Shown piece by piece: positions 23,601 to 37,144 of a stretch of 64,000 bases of DNA. The notes below the pieces were generated by a model. It was not told where the DNA came from and did not search any database. It saw only the letters and a list, made by a program, of their open reading frames with translations. Where the stretch lies: assembly GCA_025786725.1 (NCBI GenBank), contig JAHLTZ010000013.1:604899-668898 (forward strand), written 5' to 3'. The stretch comes from Syncephalis fuscata S228 (Eukaryota > Fungi > Zoopagomycota). The translations under genes were made by a program, and so were the position numbers. Numbering within the stretch: the stretch's first letter is position 1; every line of letters starts with the position of its first letter.

Positions 23601-26287
23601 TAGCACTAATAATGAAGACATTAATAACATTAGTAATGATAACAGCAGCCATTAGTAAGTATTTAAACGTTTAAAGCCATAACTAATTATTTATACACAA
23701 AATCACATAGTGAAATTGCATCAACCAGCGATACTGATACAGCCAAAGACATAAAAACAGAAGGAAGTTTAGAGACTAATAATGCAGTTGCTGAAGATCA
23801 AGAAATTGGTACAACGCCATTAAATGTTTATTGGCAGTTTCTTAGATTCGGTGGATCCATTGGCACTGTTATATTACTTTTATTGATCACAGTTGCAACT
23901 CAAGGCTGTCTACTTGCTACCGATTGGTATTTGGCATTATGGAGCGGAGCACAGCCTCGATCCGATGCAAGTCAAACACTTGAAATCGACTATACCATAT
24001 TAGTGGTAGTATCAATTGTACTTAGTATGGGACATACAGGATTCTTTATGGGTATTTGTTGGAATGCCAGTCGTTGGATGTTTCGTACGATGCTACACTC
24101 GGTAAGTATTACTATTATTATTGGTAAAGATTACTTTTATTTATTATTATTAGATATTGGCCACTTCTATTCATTTCTTCCATTCAAATCCACATGGACG
24201 TGTTTTGAATCGATTTTCAAAGGATCAAGCACATGTTGACGAACAATTACCCAATGTTGCGTTTACAGCTGTTATGAGTATTATCTCAATTGCTGGATTT
24301 GTAATTGTTGTTTGTATTATTAATCCTTATATTACTATTGCTCTTGTTGTACTGGTAACCATTTTCATTTATTTACGTCAAAGATTTGCTCGATCAAGCC
24401 GTCAAGTGCGCCGAATTGAAAGCGTATCGCGCAGTCCCGTCTATTCTCAACTATCAGGTCAGTTAGAAAGAAGGAGGACACAACAAAAAAATGACCTAAA
24501 TATTAATATTCATTGCTTTTATTATTGTTGTTGTGGTTACTATTGTTTAGAAGCATTGCATGGATTGGTGACGTTGCGTGCTTTAGGTGTACAAGATCGC
24601 TTTTGGAATAAGTTTGCCAAGACACAAAATACAAATAGTCGGGCATTTTTTGCTTTTGTTGCCCTTGGACGATGGATTGGCTTTCGACTTGATTTCTTTG
24701 GTGCTGTGTTTCTTACTGCTGTCACATTGGCAGCCGTACCACTTCGATCAAGTATTCAGGTACTACTTATTAGTAGTTTAAACAATTGTACTACTCGATG
24801 ACTTAAACTATGCTATTTTAGGCAGCATTTGTTGGTCTTTCCCTCAGCTATTTACTGCAATTCATTGGACTGTTACAATGGGCTGTGGAGCAGTCTATTG
24901 AACTTGAAATGATTTTTATTTCTGTTGAAAGAATAGCCAAATACACTCGGTAGCTATATACAGCAATATCTAATGAACTAATTACTTATTGCGTATTATA
25001 CAATTGATATAGATTATCACCAGAGTCATCGCAAAACATAAATATTATACCACCGGCCAATTGGCCTGATCAAGGTGCAATCGAGTTTCGTAATATGACG
25101 CTGACTTATCCAAACACCACCAAGGCTGTATTAAATAAGGTTTCCTTTAAAATTAAAGTAAGTAGCCAGTGGCTATAGATAGACTGATGTTGATTTATTG
25201 CTATTTTACATTAGCCTGGAGAAAAGATTGGCATTGTTGGTAGAACAGGTGCCGGTAAATCATCCATGCTTACAGCACTGTTCCGATTAACAGAAGTAAC
25301 ACCATCCAACTGTATTCTTATTGATGATATTGGCACTTCAAACATCGGTCTATATGATCTACGATCACGTCTGGCCATCATTCCAGTGAGTAGCACGCAA
25401 TCTACCAGCAGTAGTTAGCTGGTCAAATGTTGTTTTATTAACTACTGATTATTTAGCAAACACCTATATTGTTTAAAGGCAGTCTACGATTCAATCTAGA
25501 TCCATTTCAAAAACATACCGATAATGAATTGTGGAATGCATTGGATGCAGCAGAACTAAAAGATAAAATACAAGCATTACCTAACAAGCTTGATTCGCCT
25601 GTGGTAAGTGTTTATTTAGTGTAATTAATGGTAGCCAATATTATAGCAATATATTAATTACTATCAATAACACTTTGCTGTATTGACAATGTATATAGAC
25701 CGATGATGGGATAATTTTAGTGTTGGTGAACGACAATTGATTTCACTATGTCGGTAAGTAGCCGGTTAATGTACAAGTAACATTACTAATATATAGTGAT
25801 ACTAAGAGCTATTCTACGCAATGCACGTATAGTAGTTATGGATGAAGCAACGGCCAATGTTGATTTAGCAACTGATCGTCGTATTCAACGAGCTATTCGT
25901 CGTCACTTTCAGCATGCTACTGTCATGACTATTGCCCATCGATTAGATACCGTTGTGGGTGCTATGGCGCTGGTTAATCGCCATACTTATGCAACACCCA
26001 ACACAAATACGCAAGAAGATGAAGATATCAAGGTTATACCTGTCACTGTTGACAAGGATATGCAGGCGGAAGAAGAGAATTTAGGTGCTGATCGTATCAT
26101 GGTGTTGGATGCTGGTGAAATTCGTGAATTTGATACACCTGAAGCACTAGTAGCTCGGCGCTCTAATGGTTCAAATGGTGAAGGATGGCTACGGCGTATG
26201 TTACTCGATGCCGGTGATGCTGGAGAACGAGCAATTGAATTGTTAGAAGCAAATTGGGCTACATTATCTAATGAACGGGAAATGTAA
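20689..26287 (+). CDS. ABCC/MRP-family full ABC transporter, many short introns
   Basis: [11 protein letters not shown]; NBD1 GPVG|[14 protein letters not shown]|[22 protein letters not shown]; TMD2 [17 protein letters not shown]; NBD2 [39 protein letters not shown]. One apparent 1-nt frameshift near 25710. Confidence 0.93.
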
Positions 26288-26315
26288 TTTATTTACTGTT
26301 TATAAATACAAAAGG

Positions 26316-29279
26316 TTATGTATGTTGTTTTTTCAACAATCGTTGAGTTGTATTTTGCGCGACTATTTCATCTTCATCTTCATCATATTCAGATTCAGAC
26401 TCTTCTTCTTCTGTACCTGAAATCAATTCATCATTTGTAGAGGCTTCACTGCTCTCCCCTTCAGTTGTTACATATTCATCTTCTTCGCTATCATCTTCAT
26501 AATCTTCCTCTTCCTCTTCGGTACTTGTTCCATAGAATGTATTTAAATCCGCTGGCCTGATGCCATCCATAGTTTTCTTGCATTTGTAAGCGTCGTCGAT
26601 GACTGTAACCTTGTACGATCAGACTCGGTTATAATTGGCTCCTAGTTTATCGGTTGTAATGAGCGGTTATTTAATGGCCTGTTTCTACTACTTACCGGCG
26701 CACCACGGACTGCTGGATCTGGCTGCTCAATTGGCCAATCTGGTAAAGGCTCATAGCCGGCCGTTGACTGATTTATTACACGTGACATAGATCCAATAAT
26801 GTAGGGATTGTCTATAGCAATGCAACTGTAAATACCAATAGCGCCAAATACTTGCAAGTAATACATACCGATTGTCACGTCTTCGATTGCTGTTTTTTTC
26901 TCTGTATCAGAGGTAAAGCTGCCAATATAGCGATACCAATGGAAAGAAATTGGGTGGACTAGCTCATCTATTCGCTGTTCACTAGCTGCGTCATCTTTCT
27001 TTTTAGTATCGTCATGGCCATCTTTAGTAATACCTTGATTGGTTGCTATTCCGCGAATCCATCGAGCACAATCACGTACATCGTAATTCAAGTCATAGCG
27101 AGCCAACTCAAGTAGATGCAAAAATAAGCCTTTTTCCGTTGCTTCACCCGTCAATGCCATAACCAGGCCTAATCGCAATGCTTGTAATTTCACCAAAGTA
27201 TCTTCATCAATAAATTTGCGTGTTAATTCACGAAGTATATTTGGCGCATAGGACACGACTTCATTTGCCACTTCTAATGGCAATGGCGTTAGATCGTTTG
27301 TCGCTAGTTGTCGAAGACAGTAATGGCTTATAAGCCATACAATATTGGCCCGTGCCACCGATGACTGTGTATCGAAGAAGATGCCAATTAAATAGATAAT
27401 ATACTGTTTCATATTATCAATTGAAATATACTCAGTTTGATGCAATAGAATTTGCCGTGTTGCTGCTGCTGCTTCACCTGCTAAGCATTCTATAATCATT
27501 TACAGTCAATTGGCCATTACTATACTGAAACTATTATTATAATTACCATTATCATTTCTATATAGATGCATTAAGTGGCGTAAACATACATTGGTGTAGG
27601 TTGGTTGCCGTTTTACAAACTGTCCTATAGCTTTTACTGCTAAAACTGTTAATTCTTTACTGGGAATTTGACATAGGCCTGTACAATAACATATTAATTA
27701 TATTTGTATTATGATTGAATATCAATATAGTGGCACTTACAAATAGTTCATCCACCACGCCTTGTGCTGTAGAATCATTTACGGTTTGAGTAAGCATGTC
27801 AAGTTTTAACTGTCCAATAATGACTGGATCTGTAACACGCAAATAGAATGATTTAACGCTATCTGCAAATACCTCCTAATAATACAATTAATATTTATGG
27901 CGCTATTAATTGTCTATCTAACTTACGGGTCGTTTCTCTATGATAGGTTTAATATTCATTAATACTGTGTATTGTATTTCACGGCTTCCATGTAATAATC
28001 TGCCTAATGGTTGGGATATTTTGGCAATATCATCTTGGGTTCCAATATAAAAGAATAATGAAATAGCTGTTATAATTACCTAGTATATTGATTAATAAAA
28101 GTAATACATTAATAAATTAACTTACTGCACTATTTCGATGGTACAATAATGGCGCAGTCGCTTCTAATAATAACTTATGATCTGGATCTAGTTGTGTGTT
28201 ACTCTCTGAATCTTTATGTTCGGCCGTACTATCATTATCGCTATTATCTTTAACATGGTCGGAATCGTAAAAGGTCTCTAATGAATGATCTACTGGCTAA
28301 TCTCTTATTATTAGTGCTGTTATGCAATTGTATCTATAGCCTACCAAACTGGATGACTTTATATGTTGTGGATCTGTAAATTGGGTTCGAGCATAGCGTG
28401 TCAGCACCTCTAGAATGGCAATCTGCCCCCATTCATCGGCATCGGCTAACATGCGACAAAGTCGTCGAAAGTGCTGATGCAGCAAATCAATTCGCTCTGG
28501 ACATAAATCGGAATAGGCCGTCATAACCGAACCAATAACCAGCGAAGACCGATCGTGCAGCAATTGCACAAGTATATCGATTAGATCGGCCCGGCGAGTT
28601 GGATCGAGCCTATGTAGTGTATTAACCATTAGTCTATTTTACAGCCAATAAAATAGACTTACAAAGCACATTTAGCAATGGCCAGCGCTGCTGTCTTTCT
28701 AACATAAGGACTGCTATCTGAGGCACATTTACGCACACCCAATACAAGAAGTGGAGCAATAGCTGGTACGCGAATACCCGTCATAACACGAAGGGCCATA
28801 GCACGAATAAACTGATTGGCATCGCCTAGATCTTTTTGAAACGTATTGACCGATAGAAGCGACAGATCCGGTTCTTGTGCAGCATATCTCAGTAAATAGA
28901 TATACACGAGCTTGCGTACGTCCAAATTACGCGATGCTACAAGCTTGACTACATGTGGAAAGAATTCAGCCACATTCCAGCCTTTTGAAATCAACTAAAT
29001 GGTGTTTATAAACAATACATGCAGTAAGTATTGGTCGTTGCATCACACGTCTATAGCGCATATACTGACCGCAACAAGCCGTTTTAATCCTTCAAGCTGT
29101 TCCCGATCGTAGCGTGAGCCCAATAGTTGTGCCAAATCTTGTAAGCGATCCTCTGCCGTTTCCAAATACCGAGTACCTGCATCAAATGCCAAATCTCTTG
29201 TCGTTTCAGCAACGGTCTCTGAGAACCGTTTAGAGAACTGAGCAGCAGTCTGGGCAGCACGTGCCAAATAGTCGGCCAT
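26316..29279 (-). CDS. APL6: AP-3 adaptor complex beta subunit, multi-exon
   Basis: EGLKRLVA|LISKGWNVAEFFPHVVKLVAS..VRKLVYIYLLRYA..LLSVNTFQKDL..IRAMALRVM..SPYVRKTAALAIAK, DADEWGQ, ARYDLNYDVRD, GYEPLPDWP and an acidic C-terminus. Confidence 0.93.
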
Positions 29280-29658
29280 ATTGTTGTTACTATTGCTGCT
29301 GCTGCTACTGCTACTACTACTACTATTGTTAATAGGTTAGAAACAAAGAATGGAAAGAAAGAAAAGGTGTCAGTGTCAGTGTTGTTGACGTCGTTTATGG
29401 GGGTAATAATGACAGTATGCGGAGAGAGAGATACAGACAACAAAGCAGCCATTATAGTGTAGAAAAGGCGTGTCAAAATAGACAAATGGCATAACAGAAT
29501 GAATTGTCTATACGGTGGATGCATACATCCACCCACACACACGCACTTCTTAATCTTGCTTTCTACTTGTTCTTGGTCGATTTAGTTTTACTTATTACTT
29601 ACTTATATTAGCGTTTAACATCAAGGCTTACTATTCTTCTTATTCCTCGCTCTACACC

Positions 29659-30652
29659 ATGACACTGCTCTCCTTCTTTGGGTGTGCTTTGACGGCTTAC
29701 GGGCCAGTTGTATCGGTGTTTCTGTTAACTATTGCCCGCGATGCACAACTGGTCATCCTGGCGATGACAAGGTAAGCTTATAGCTAGAACACTGTAATAG
29801 CCAACCTGCCAGCTAATACATCGACTACAGTGCCTTTTTCTGGCTTGTGGCATTACTATTGACGTCGGTTCTTTGGTATATTATTCCACCGGCCCGCTCA
29901 CTTCATCCCGTCACTTTACTCTATGCTGTACTGATTCAAGAGATAATTCGCTGGGGCTACTTTAAAATGATCGAGTAAGTAGCTATGTTACTGTGAGTCT
30001 TGTAGCAATACTAAACGTACAATAGACGAGCAGAAAAGGGACTTCATACGACGGCCAAACAGCCAACATCCCGTCTAAATCGTACTTCATTTGCCTTTGG
30101 TAAATTAATTATACATACATCCATTTTGTATTTACTAATGTTTATTATTAGCAAGTGGACTCGGATTTGGTGTTATTTACGCATTAATTACGTATATTGC
30201 CCTATTGTCAAAGTCTAGCGGTCCCGGTGTATTAATGTCACCCTCTTGTCCAAGTGTATCATCGTTCTTTTTGTCGGGTAAGTAAATGCAGTACAGTTGT
30301 ATATTAAATGCTAGTGTTAACATAAATACAATGATCGTAATAGCTATTATGACAGCTATTATGAGTTTAACGCATATATTCTGGATGATGGTGGCTTTTG
30401 ACGGCTTTTTCCAGCCAATGTCTGTTGGCGTATAGGCTACGTAGTAATGAGCCATTATGTTACTTCATACACTGTAAGTATTAAAGCATAGTCGCACAGC
30501 CATATAAATGTTTATTAATCATGACTTGCTAGACTATTATCAGCTCGGGTGGAATAAGCTATGGCTGTGCCTATCCACTTCTTATTAATACCGTAATTCT
30601 TATAATTACGGCTGGATTGGCCATTGCCCGTGTTTTAAAGTATCATGCTTAA
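29659..30652 (+). CDS. APH1: Gamma-secretase subunit APH-1 homolog, multi-exon, not in the ORF track
   Basis: MTLLSFFGCALTAYGPVVSVFLLTIARDAQLVILAMT|SAFFWLVALLLTSVLWY..VLIQEIIRWGYFKMI|ERAEKGL, ASGLGFGVIYAL, SGPG and LTHIFWMMVAFDGF..SHYVTS match the Aph-1 signature (FFGC...AxGP, QE..R, GLGFG, conserved TM His). Confidence 0.88.
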
Positions 30653-30697
30653 TTTGTCAATGTTGTGAATAATAGACTGTTTATCAAAATGTAATAC

Positions 30698-31628
30698 TTA
30701 ATGCTGTCCTGAAGAAAGTGAGCGATAAAACTCTGTAAATGCATTGTCTACATCAAATGCCAATTGTCGCATTTGCTCCTCGTCCAGTTCGTCTTTGGCT
30801 TTCATTTGATTTAAATTAATAAGCCTAATTTGATATTTGATTTAGTAATACTATCATTAAATAATGGCTGGTTATAGTCATGTATTTATATTACTTGCCA
30901 TGCTACTAATTTTTCTTTGCTTGGGAACTCAGATGTTAATGCACTTGTGTTATTAAGACTTTGCATTAGATCACCCAGCAGTGGATGTAAGTTATCGGCA
31001 GCCCGTAAATCCATTTTAAGTGCATCAGATAGTGTAATAAAATCCTAAATACGTAAAATAAATGTTATGACAACAATCATCCCTACTATTTACATAACTA
31101 AATAGAAATAAGCTTACTTTAGTAGCTTCGGCCACTTGTCTTGGTGTATTATCGGAACCTGGTCCACGTGCAGCCGCATGTTCTACTGTGGCTGGAACAC
31201 CTGTCACTAGTAGACGATGTACGGCCGCAGGACAGTCAAGCTGCCATTACTGTCGATTAGCAAATAGTCAAGCCATCTATCAACTATCCACTTGCCTTAT
31301 ATTCTTGCATAAATGCTTTTACATTAGGTACTGAATCAGCAACTAGACTAAGCCTGTTTTAAATTGAGCTATCAATTTACTGCATTCTTCTGTGTATCTA
31401 AGTGTTTATTAGTAGATGTGCACTGTATTGGTAAACAAACTACGCTTTATCTATCTATATATACATAGTTATAACAACTTACGCTGTAGCCGAAATGGCA
31501 TCTCGGACATAGGCTTTCTCCAATTGTTCGACACAGACAATCAAAGCATATAGATCTGCTTGGTTATCGTATGTCTCGCGCTCTTTACGCGAGGCCCATA
31601 AACGTACTTGTTCATCGGCAGATTCCAT
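30698..31628 (-). CDS. VPS28: ESCRT-I subunit Vps28, multi-exon
   Basis: MESADEQVRLWASRKERETYDNQADLYALIVCVEQLEKAYVRDA, LDCPAAVHRLLVTGVPATVEH, DALKM, DNLHPLLGDL and QMKAKDELDEEQMRQLAFDVDNA. Confidence 0.93.
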
Positions 31629-31906
31629 ATAGTAACAGTGGTGGGTGGTTAAAGAAGAAATGGCTTTACAGGAGAGTAAATGGAAGAGTGTTGTGACGTA
31701 AAAATATCATAAACTAAGCGTAGTTATAGATTATTAGTATTATTAATAAATTTATTCACTTTTCTTATAAATTTCTTATTGTACTAATTACTTCAATGAT
31801 AATGACTGTAACAATAATAATTCTCTTTATTTTCTTCTTGGGGACAATAAACCACTGCTACACTGTCTATACGATTTAACTTTTTTAATAAACGTTATGT
31901 ATGGTA

Positions 31907-32981
31907 TTATCCTTTGGTAGATATCTCTTCAGCTGGTAATGCTGACTCCATTGTCGTTTGTGCAGGCTCATCAAGAGATGTATTAAAGATTGGCAAAGCA
32001 ACCGATTCGCTTGTTTTGATACTAAGCGCAAGAATATTACGCCACTTCTTTGGAATATGGTCAACGATAAATGGCACGGCGTGTGTAATGTTTTCTGCCA
32101 CTTGTTTTGCCGTCATACCCGAATGGCCAACACGTACCGATCTATATTAACATAACAAAATGTTAATTACTTATATAACTACAGGTACAGTAGCTTTACT
32201 TACATGCAAGTACCGGCTGATAGGCTCATATAGGTTGAATAGCAGGCACGCATAACTTCAGCCTTTAAATTGGATTTTGTGATGTCAATTGGAATAGGCA
32301 ACCTATAGAAACGATATAAGCTTAATCGCTAGCTTATAAAATTCATTATACCTACTTTTTCTTTTCAAAAAACTTTTTACCAAGAACACGAGGTAGTAGT
32401 GGTATAATGGCCGCATCAGCAAGGAATAAATCGTAAGATGAACATAATTCACGCTTGGCTTCATATTGCTTGTATTTAGAGCGTAGTTTTGACAAACCAA
32501 TCACCTAGATGATAAAAACACCACCACCATTCATTTAGTTACACTAGTTATTTGGTAAATGATGTTAATTACCTTTTCAACTCGATTGACTTCCTTTTCA
32601 CTTAGCAAATCTTTATACTTTTGTTGAGGGTCCCGTGTTAATAAACAGACACGGGCATCTTCCTTGGTAATTGTGTGCTTGACAGGACTATTATTACATT
32701 CATTAATTACCATTAATTTATTACTGTAGCATTATTAGTTACTTACATGCGAATTGGTTTGGCACGGCCCTTTTCTGGAATACGCTTCAGTGCCACAACA
32801 AGCCAGATTGACACTTCATCTTCAATAAGTTGTGCTCCATTCTCGGCATTCTTCTTCTCTACGTAGTGTAGCAGTGCCTTGGATGCACGCAACACCTATG
32901 GACGCAATCGCAATCAATAAAGATACAAATAAAAAACAGTGTCTACTAGCCTACCTGCTTGTCATCAATGGTTGGAGCCAT
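31907..32981 (-). CDS. Ribosomal L1 domain-containing ribosome-biogenesis protein (RSL1D1/Utp30/Cic1 family)
   Basis: VLRASKALL, VCLLTRDPQQKYK, YKQYEAKRELCSSYDLFLADAAI..LPRVLGK.F, VGHSGMT..VAENI and KKWRNILALSIKTSESVALPI. Confidence 0.85.
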
Positions 32982-33199
32982 CGCTACAGTATTGCAACTC
33001 TGTTACTAATTAGAGGCGTCCACGTAAAATAATAAACGATTACTACTGAACTACTATTGATGTAATAGTGTTCAATATGCGGTCAGAGGAATCGTAGCCA
33101 AAAAGTAATTGTAGACGGAATCGCTTTGGAAAAAGAAAAGTGGGCTGAAAAAAAAGAAAAAATTGACTGATGTTTATTGGATAAAATGTCTAATTTATT

Positions 33200-35998
33200 T
33201 TAAGATTCGTGCACCATACAAAGTGCCTCTACTAGTAGCGCATGGATAGCTGAAGTATCGCTATGATCGTTGCTTAATGCCATTAATGGTGTATTCGTGG
33301 ATAGCTGTATAGACAGTTGATTAGTATTGAATAGATAAATACAGCCTATTTATTATACTTACTATACTTTGGTATAACGATATACCTTGTCGTAATTCAT
33401 CAACCCGACGGGTCTGTAACAGCAAATCGTGCCATTTACGCTGCTGTTCACTAATACGACGAATGGCATTTAATCGCAACGATGCATAATCCGCTATAGT
33501 TGATGTCTGTCCCTCTAATGAAGACTTCAACGTTGTTAATAGAAAATTCTCTAATCGAGTAGGAATGCTGTTTATAGGACTGGTGTAGAGGGTCAGTAAG
33601 CGTTTTTATAGTCATTCTATTACTTTTACCTAGTGGATTTACATGGAATCAATTGATTACTTAATTGTTCAGATACACTTAATGACTTGGTGGCATCTAA
33701 TTGGATTAATAAATCGGATTGTCTATAAAACAGTTGTATTTATATTTATATTAGTATTAGTATTAGTATTAGTATTAGTATTTATACAACTATTTAACAA
33801 CTAATAAAACTGACCCAGTTGGCACTAATAGTTGTAGATTAAACGGACGCGTGAACTGCTGTAGACCCTCTATCATATAATTCCCACTGGAATCCACAGT
33901 TAATTGAACTTTTATACCATTAAATATTGAGGTTGGCACAACATATTCCAATTCGATACACTGTCTTGGCTGCACCATATCTTGTAATTGGCCTGTAATA
34001 TGTGAAATCGAATAGCTAGATTGTAATACAACATAAGTATTTATCCATATATAAATATAGCAATTATTACTTTGGTAGAAAGGCGGTTCTATATTGAGTA
34101 TCTAGCGTCGATCCACTACTAACCATAGCACCTAATTCTTCTGGCGATAAGATATGCTTATTCGGTAGATGGAGTGCATCTGATATGCCAAATCGATTAA
34201 TATTATAAAAATAACTGTAACCAAATCTATGATACTATAATTAATATCCAGTTATTATTGCATCTATTGATACTTACACAGCTTGACCGGATACTTTAAA
34301 ACCTTGATCTATGGCTTGTTGTGCTGACTGTTCAATTGATGTAATTAGTGTGGATAAGTTATTTATATTTACAGCATCTTGACCACTATCATTTCTAAAA
34401 CACAATTATCGTTAATAATAACTAGATAGATTATTAAAAGTCATCCTACTTGATTGGAACAATAGCACTGGCAAGTTGCGTGTTTCTACTATACTGTGCT
34501 TCCTTCTATTCTTTATAAGATTAATTAATAGTAGAAATGTTAACTTACTGTGGTAATATCTATTGGAGTCGGGTCTATTACACGAAATGGCGCTGAATAG
34601 CGTGGCAATAGTGGCATACTCAATGTATCGTGGAATGGTAACAGTGTCAGATTATAGTCACTATGGCTATTAGAGCCATTATCGGTGGTAGGCAACTTGT
34701 AAAGATACGTAGTAGTTGCATCATTAACTGTGACCATTTGTTCAATGGCCGATGCAGCCATGTTTAAATCACGTTTATTGCTGCATATTAATTGAAACTA
34801 GTACACACAACATGGTAATTAGACATTTTATTCACTAGACTATTGATTGATTACTTACACTTTGATCGCCATCTTTAGATTCATCAAGTGGATTGATGAT
34901 AACACTTGTCATTGTTCCTAGCCTCGATAGTCTATCCGATGATAGATGAGCAGCTGTTGTAGATGCGGGTAAATGAATAGTATCAATGGCCGGTGTCTAT
35001 ATATTAATTAATAAACTATATCTATTAAGGAGTGTGTTGATAGTTACCATAATCGGTTTTAACTGTTTGATACTGGCAGTAACTTGTGCTTCTGTCCCAG
35101 CAATATACAGCATATTTGAATCACGGTCAATATCCACCCGGACATCATTGGATCTAACTCGATCAAGTAACATAGGATCTACCATGGTTTATTATAAAGT
35201 TGATACTATTAATTAAGTAAATAGACCTACCATAAGTGTCCATTAATTGAATTGCTTCACGTGTAATCAAATGCTCTAGATTGATGATAAGTATATTATG
35301 TATATTATGTATATAAACAAACCTTGTTTTTCTAATATGGCATCACTATCCATATCTTCATAGAAAATACGGCCTTTGACTGTAGATGCATCATACATAT
35401 TTTTTAAATGAATGGCCCGTTTTTTAGCTGCTTCTTTTGACCAGTACTCAATCATTCTATCGGTTAATTTACGTTTACTACCGCTAATACTTAGTTTGAG
35501 CGATAATAGATACATCTTTAACTGATTAGCTGTAAATCCTTGTTCCAATGTTGTTTGTAACTCTTTACGTTGTTTGTCCGTCAGTCTATCCATATTCTTT
35601 GGTTTCAAATTGGTAATATCGTTAAGATTGGCGCGTACTGGTCTTTCCTGTAGTGTGTCCATGAGCTGGATTGTTTCTTCAGATAATGGATCTTGTATGA
35701 GTTGTGCCTCTTCAGTTACGGTTGTATCGTTACTATTGCTGTTGAGTTTATCTTCTAGTGTATCTTTTTCATTAACAGCTGTATCTAGCGTATTCGTATC
35801 TTTTAATTCATCCGTATTGGTTGGTACATCTTGTTGGTCGGTTGAAAGATTGGTATAATGGCGTTGTAATGTTTGACCCGTTATAGCTATTGGCATAATT
35901 CGATGCGTATAAGGCAATGTCGTAGCTGTCATTGCGCTATACCGGCCATTTAGCCTTGCTGTGGCTAGCCGCTGTAGTCGGCGACTCAGTAAATGCAT
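33200..35998 (-). CDS. Mitochondrial protein, probable Sls1-like inner-membrane regulator, multi-exon
   Basis: Arg-rich targeting-like N-terminus MHLLSRRLQRLATARL and the segment GFTANQLKMYLLSLKLSISGSKRKLTDRMIEYW (SAP-like, recalls Sls1). Several GT-AG introns. Family call is tentative. Confidence 0.55.
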
Positions 35999-36161
35999 AT
36001 TGTACTTTTAATCTTGACAAAAAAAAGAAAACAAAAGTGAGTCCATTCAATTCGTAAACTGTACTCGGAATCAATAATAAATCCAGTTCGACGTCACAAT
36101 AAACACTAACCATCATTTGTACACTGTAGCTAAACACTCCTTATTCCATTTGTAATTCAGC

Positions 36162-36876
36162 ATGTCAAGTCAAAAACATCTACCAGAGATCACCGACATT
36201 GAGCTGCCACTTTCATCGGCAGAGCTTGAGGTAGAGCTGTTTGCTATTCCTGTTGTTGTAGACTATTAATCATTGAAGTTGCTCTATTAGGTACTACATC
36301 GTCAGTATAACCGAGAAGGCGAAGCAGCAACACCGCAAACAAAATTCAACTATGCATGGGGCCTCGTCAAATCACGTAATAGATCTGAACAAGAACGTGG
36401 TGTTCAAATACTAACAGGTAAGTAATATGAATCTATATAGATGTATACATGAATACTATGGTGGTTATTGTATAGGCTAATTGGCGCTCTTACAACGAAC
36501 TACGCTAATAACTGTAATAGAAATCTGCCGCGAATCACCACAGCGTCAACGCGAATCGCTTTACTACCTTTCACTAGGCTATTGTAAACTGAACAAGTAT
36601 GTAGAGGCACGGCAATGTATTGATCAGCTGTTGGATACCGAGCCGCATAACCAGCAGGCCAAGACACTACGCGCTATTATTGATCGCAAGGTCAATCGAG
36701 GTAAGTGGTCGATAATACCGCTATTAATAAGCTATTCTATATTTTACTAACTATTCAATACTGTATATTATTGTATGATATGATACTGTAGAAGGATTGC
36801 TGGTTTTGCTATGATTGGTGGACTCGTAGCGGGGATCAGTTTACTAGCGACCATGGTTGTGAAACGTCGTAAATAA
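36162..36876 (+). CDS. FIS1: Mitochondrial fission protein Fis1; 4 exons
   Basis: LHRQYNREG..QTKFNYAWGLVKS..QERGVQIL, RESLYYLSLGYCKL..Y.EAR..LLDTEPHNQQA and tail anchor AGFAMIGGLVAGISLLATMVVKRRK*. The last exon needs +1 nt near 36795 (likely assembly error). Confidence 0.93.
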
Positions 36877-37144
36877 TTGCGATACAACGTGAAAACTAGC
36901 ACGTTAACAAATAAAATGATTTGATTTATCAATAATTAACACGTATTTAAATGAATAAATTATACAATTAACACATTTATAGTAAATTATTACAACACTA
37001 GTTACAATTACAAATGAATCAAGATTAATATTATATAGTATCTATTTATCTATTTAGCACTTAAAGCATAGATGATTTTAATACTTTATAGCAGTAAATG
37101 AACAGGTGCTGGCTTAGAACTAGTTGCAGACATGGAATAGGCCA

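Noticed and set aside
25699-25715. Frameshift in ABCC NBD2 (GGG ATAAT where [11 protein letters not shown] needs one more G)
   Set aside because: 1-nt loss in a G run within an otherwise intact gene. Most likely an assembly indel rather than a pseudogene or programmed frameshift; check with accurate reads.
36792-36800. Frameshift at the start of the FIS1 last exon
   Set aside because: Adding 1 nt restores the canonical tail anchor ending KRRK. Same error type as in the ABCC gene.
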